The notes beneath the pieces were generated by a model that did no database searches, was not told the origin of the DNA, and saw only the letters and a program-made list of their open reading frames with translations. DNA of 64,000 nucleotides from the NCBI GenBank assembly GCA_963668625.2, contig CAXXKA010000008.1, forward strand, positions 192,001-256,000. Reading direction: 5' to 3'. Of this stretch, positions 61,679 to 64,000 are shown in pieces (the first letter of the stretch is position 1; the number at the start of each line of letters is the position of its first letter). Source of the DNA: an uncultured candidate division Zixibacteria bacterium (GTDB taxonomy: Bacteria > Zixibacteria > MSB-5A5 > UBA10806 > 4484-95). Both the position numbers and the translations under genes were made by a program.

Positions 61679-62557
61679 TTAAGCATGGAAAACATCCATC
61701 GGGGTGGCCTTTTCCCAAAAGGATTCAAACAGATTAACAAAGGTGTTTGCTAAATCAGGATGCTCGGTTATTAGACAGGTTACCGATGATTTCCCCGCAA
61801 CGGGATCGACAAGCTTATAAAGTACTTTTTTCCGGTCAAAAACCTGCATTCCGATGGGCAAATTATCGATTTCTCGATCTTTAATATTGCCATAGGAATA
61901 ATCGAGCTTTTTCGCGAGGGGAAGATACTCGTTCTTGGCAGTTGAATCCCAGATATTGCGTGAAATAACACCTCTTTGAGTTGCTTCATCGTTTACTTTT
62001 TTTAATTCCTCCACTATCGCTTTAGGTGCTTTTTTAAAAATAAATGGAGGTTTTGTAAACTCTAAAACTTCCTTTTGAGCCTCATTGCTCAGCTCAATGA
62101 ATTTGCGAAGAATTTGAAGTGGGTCCTTAAGAACTATCATGTATTCAAGAGGACTGCTGTTAGCGCGGTTCGTTTTATAAAGTGATTTGAGATCGCTAAT
62201 CATGTTATCCCGCTCTCCCTGGATCGATTTTTTATTTTTCATAATTAGCTTTCTCTTATTATCCAGTTCCTTCAGCTCGGTTTCCAGAGGATCATCAATA
62301 ACCTCAATTGACTTCTCCCAGAGCAGATTGGGATCTGCGACCGTGTACCTTTTTATTTCTCCGGGGATCAACACACTCAATCCCTTGGCCATAAGCTTGG
62401 CAACAGCCTCATAAGCGCTAGGCCTCGGTATTCCGGCCAGTTTCGATATCTCGCTGACAGTCAGCGATTCCCTTTCAAACAGTCCCAGATAACATTTGGC
62501 TTCGTATTCGGTAAACCCCATTTTCTTTATCATTTCTATGTACGATGAGCGGTTCAT
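61679..62557 (-). CDS. TrmB-family transcriptional regulator (unit 1)
   Basis: MGFTEYEAKCY..IPRPSAYE; LPIGMQVFD..FESFWEKA. Confidence 0.9.
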   Translation of the reverse strand: MNRSSYIEMIKKMGFTEYEAKCYLGLFERESLTVSEISKLAGIPRPSAYEAVAKLMAKGLSVLIPGEIKRYTVADPNLLWEKSIEVIDDPLETELKELDNKRKLIMKNKKSIQGERDNMISDLKSLYKTNRANSSPLEYMIVLKDPLQILRKFIELSNEAQKEVLEFTKPPFIFKKAPKAIVEELKKVNDEATQRGVISRNIWDSTAKNEYLPLAKKLDYSYGNIKDREIDNLPIGMQVFDRKKVLYKLVDPVAGKSSVTCLITEHPDLANTFVNLFESFWEKATPMDVFHA

Positions 62558-62577
62558 TAATATTTCTCCTATCTTAT

Positions 62578-62637
62578 TGTAGGTGTAGCTCTATTAAGCC
62601 TACAGCTACAGTATATTAAAATATTTCAATTTGTCAA
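62578..62637 (-). promoter_or_regulatory. Unit 1 promoter and operator-like inverted repeat
   Basis: TTGACA-N16-TATACT; TGTAGGTGTAG..CTACAGCTACA; half-site TGTAGCTGTA recurs at 61584-61593. Confidence 0.7.
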
Positions 62638-62989
62638 GAAAAAGTTAATACTTGTTTGTAGTTAGCATTATTTAACTAAAGTCTTAATTGACTTGCCATT
62701 ATGAAAAATAGACAGAGGTTTTCGGCGAAATAAAGCTAATTTATTGCAGCAAATGGAGTTTCTTTGGAGTAGCGTAATCCCGCATAATAGACCTCATAAT
62801 TTATATATCATAATGTATAACCCTCTCGGCTTTTAAGCTTTCCGGCATGGATGGGGGTGCTTGTTGTTGAGTTTAAGCCGCTTGAGATTGGAAATCCATT
62901 CGTGGTAGCCCTCGTTTTGTTCGGTCAATTCTTCAATGAGCTTACCCGCTATAATTAGATGTCAGAGGACCGGCATTCATAAAGTTAAT

Positions 62990-63441
62990 ATTTGCCACAG
63001 ACCGAGGTTGCTCTCCGATAACGGTCAGTGCTATCTCTCCGGGCAGCTCAAGGATTATCTCGACGGCCACCACATGGAGTATACCCGAGGCGCTCCTTAT
63101 CATCCCCAGACACAGGGCAAGATCGAGCGGTACCATCGCACCATGAAGAACCTGATCAAGCTTCAGCATTATTACCTGCCGGGCGAGTTGGAACATGAGA
63201 TCGAGCGGTTCGTGGAGTACTACAACAACCAGCGATACCATGAATCACTGGATAATTTAACACCTGCCGATGTTTACTATGGTAGGGATTTAGATATATT
63301 AAGTAAGCGAGATGAGATAAAAAAGAGGACGTTAAGTCTTAGAAAACAACAAAATATGCGAAAGCGGGTTTTAGCTTGATATTATCAAAACTGTCTCTTA
63401 GATTTTGCCTAAATCTGTCAAAAAGTTTCTGAAGACGTACA
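62990..63441 (+). mobile_element. 3' remnant of an IS3/IS481-type element (integrase-core fragment + right IR)
   Basis: PRLLSDNG..GAPYHPQTQGKIERYH..YNNQRYHESL..TPADVYYG; ends GAAGACGTACA; 5' part missing, left boundary approximate. Confidence 0.85.
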
Positions 63442-63603
63442 CCAATCTCTATCACCGGTAATTTTCGTTCCAATCGCAACATCAATCCCTCTGCACCAAT
63501 ACGGACCATCAAGGCTTTGCCATCGGCTATTCTCAGACTGTGCATATGCAGCCATAGAAATAAATGCAATAAATAATATAACCGTTACAATTCTTTTCGG
63601 CAT
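63442..63603 (-). pseudogene. 5' stub of a secreted protein truncated by the IS end
   Basis: AGGAG RBS, signal peptide MPKRIV..AYA|Q, WQSLDGPY; frame runs into the IS IR at 63441. Confidence 0.7.
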
Positions 63604-63637
63604 TCTCTCACTCCTTGAATATAATTACTGATAGTTG

Positions 63638-64000
63638 TTATTTAACAAATATGAGTTTACTCTTAATAAAGCCGTCACCTGTTTTTGCCTTTAAAATATA
63701 CATCCCCGATGTGATTTTTTCACCATATTCATTATTTCCATCCCAGGTTATGCTTCCCCCATTATAGTTCTCCGAAATAAATGTTTTAACCAGACGACCT
63801 GTTATGTCGTATATTTCTATTTCACCTCCCTCTATGTTTTGATATTTAATCACCGTCGTTGAATTGAACGGATTGGGATATGAATATAATGTTTCTAATT
63901 TTAAAGGTACGCGTACGTCAGAATCAATACTAACATCCCCATCACTTCTTGTAAAATATATACCATTATAAATGTCATTGTCCGGATCCCATCTGTGATC
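63638..64000 (-). CDS. C-terminal part of a FlgD-Ig/T9SS-type CTD protein (runs off window)
   Basis: YSYPNPFNSTTVIKY..IYDITGRLVK..WDG..TSGMY; frame appears open to the window edge. Confidence 0.8.
   Translation of the reverse strand, partial: DHRWDPDNDIYNGIYFTRSDGDVSIDSDVRVPLKLETLYSYPNPFNSTTVIKYQNIEGGEIEIYDITGRLVKTFISENYNGGSITWDGNNEYGEKITSGMYILKAKTGDGFIKSKLIFVK

Overview
Bacterial window, most likely from a Zixibacteria-like/FCB-adjacent organism. This is inferred from the dockerin type 'PGDANM..WPP.VIGADVTYLV.YF' and the many FlgD-Ig/T9SS-type C-terminal domains. The left third is mostly AT-rich accessory DNA around two core genes (peptidase E-like, asnS) and tRNA-Val(TAC). It holds: a Gabija/OLD-UvrD defence pair; a radical SAM/SPASM RiPP cluster with an unannotated 50-aa Cys-rich precursor; a Liv-type ABC cassette bracketed by orphan IS ends; an HNH nuclease; an intact IS4; and a second cluster built around a secreted 9-Cys peptide. 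After an IS3/IS1182 junction, 31.4-62.6 kb is a regular five-fold tandem array on the minus strand: [TrmB-family regulator] > [secreted protein with FlgD/T9SS-type CTD] > [Cys/acid-rich secreted protein with a near-invariant 300-bp dockerin tail] > terminator. Every unit has the same promoter geometry but its own operator-like palindrome. An IS4-type MITE carrying a REP doublet and a truncated IS3/IS481-type element are also present. All calls were made by eye from the sequence; no database searches were run.
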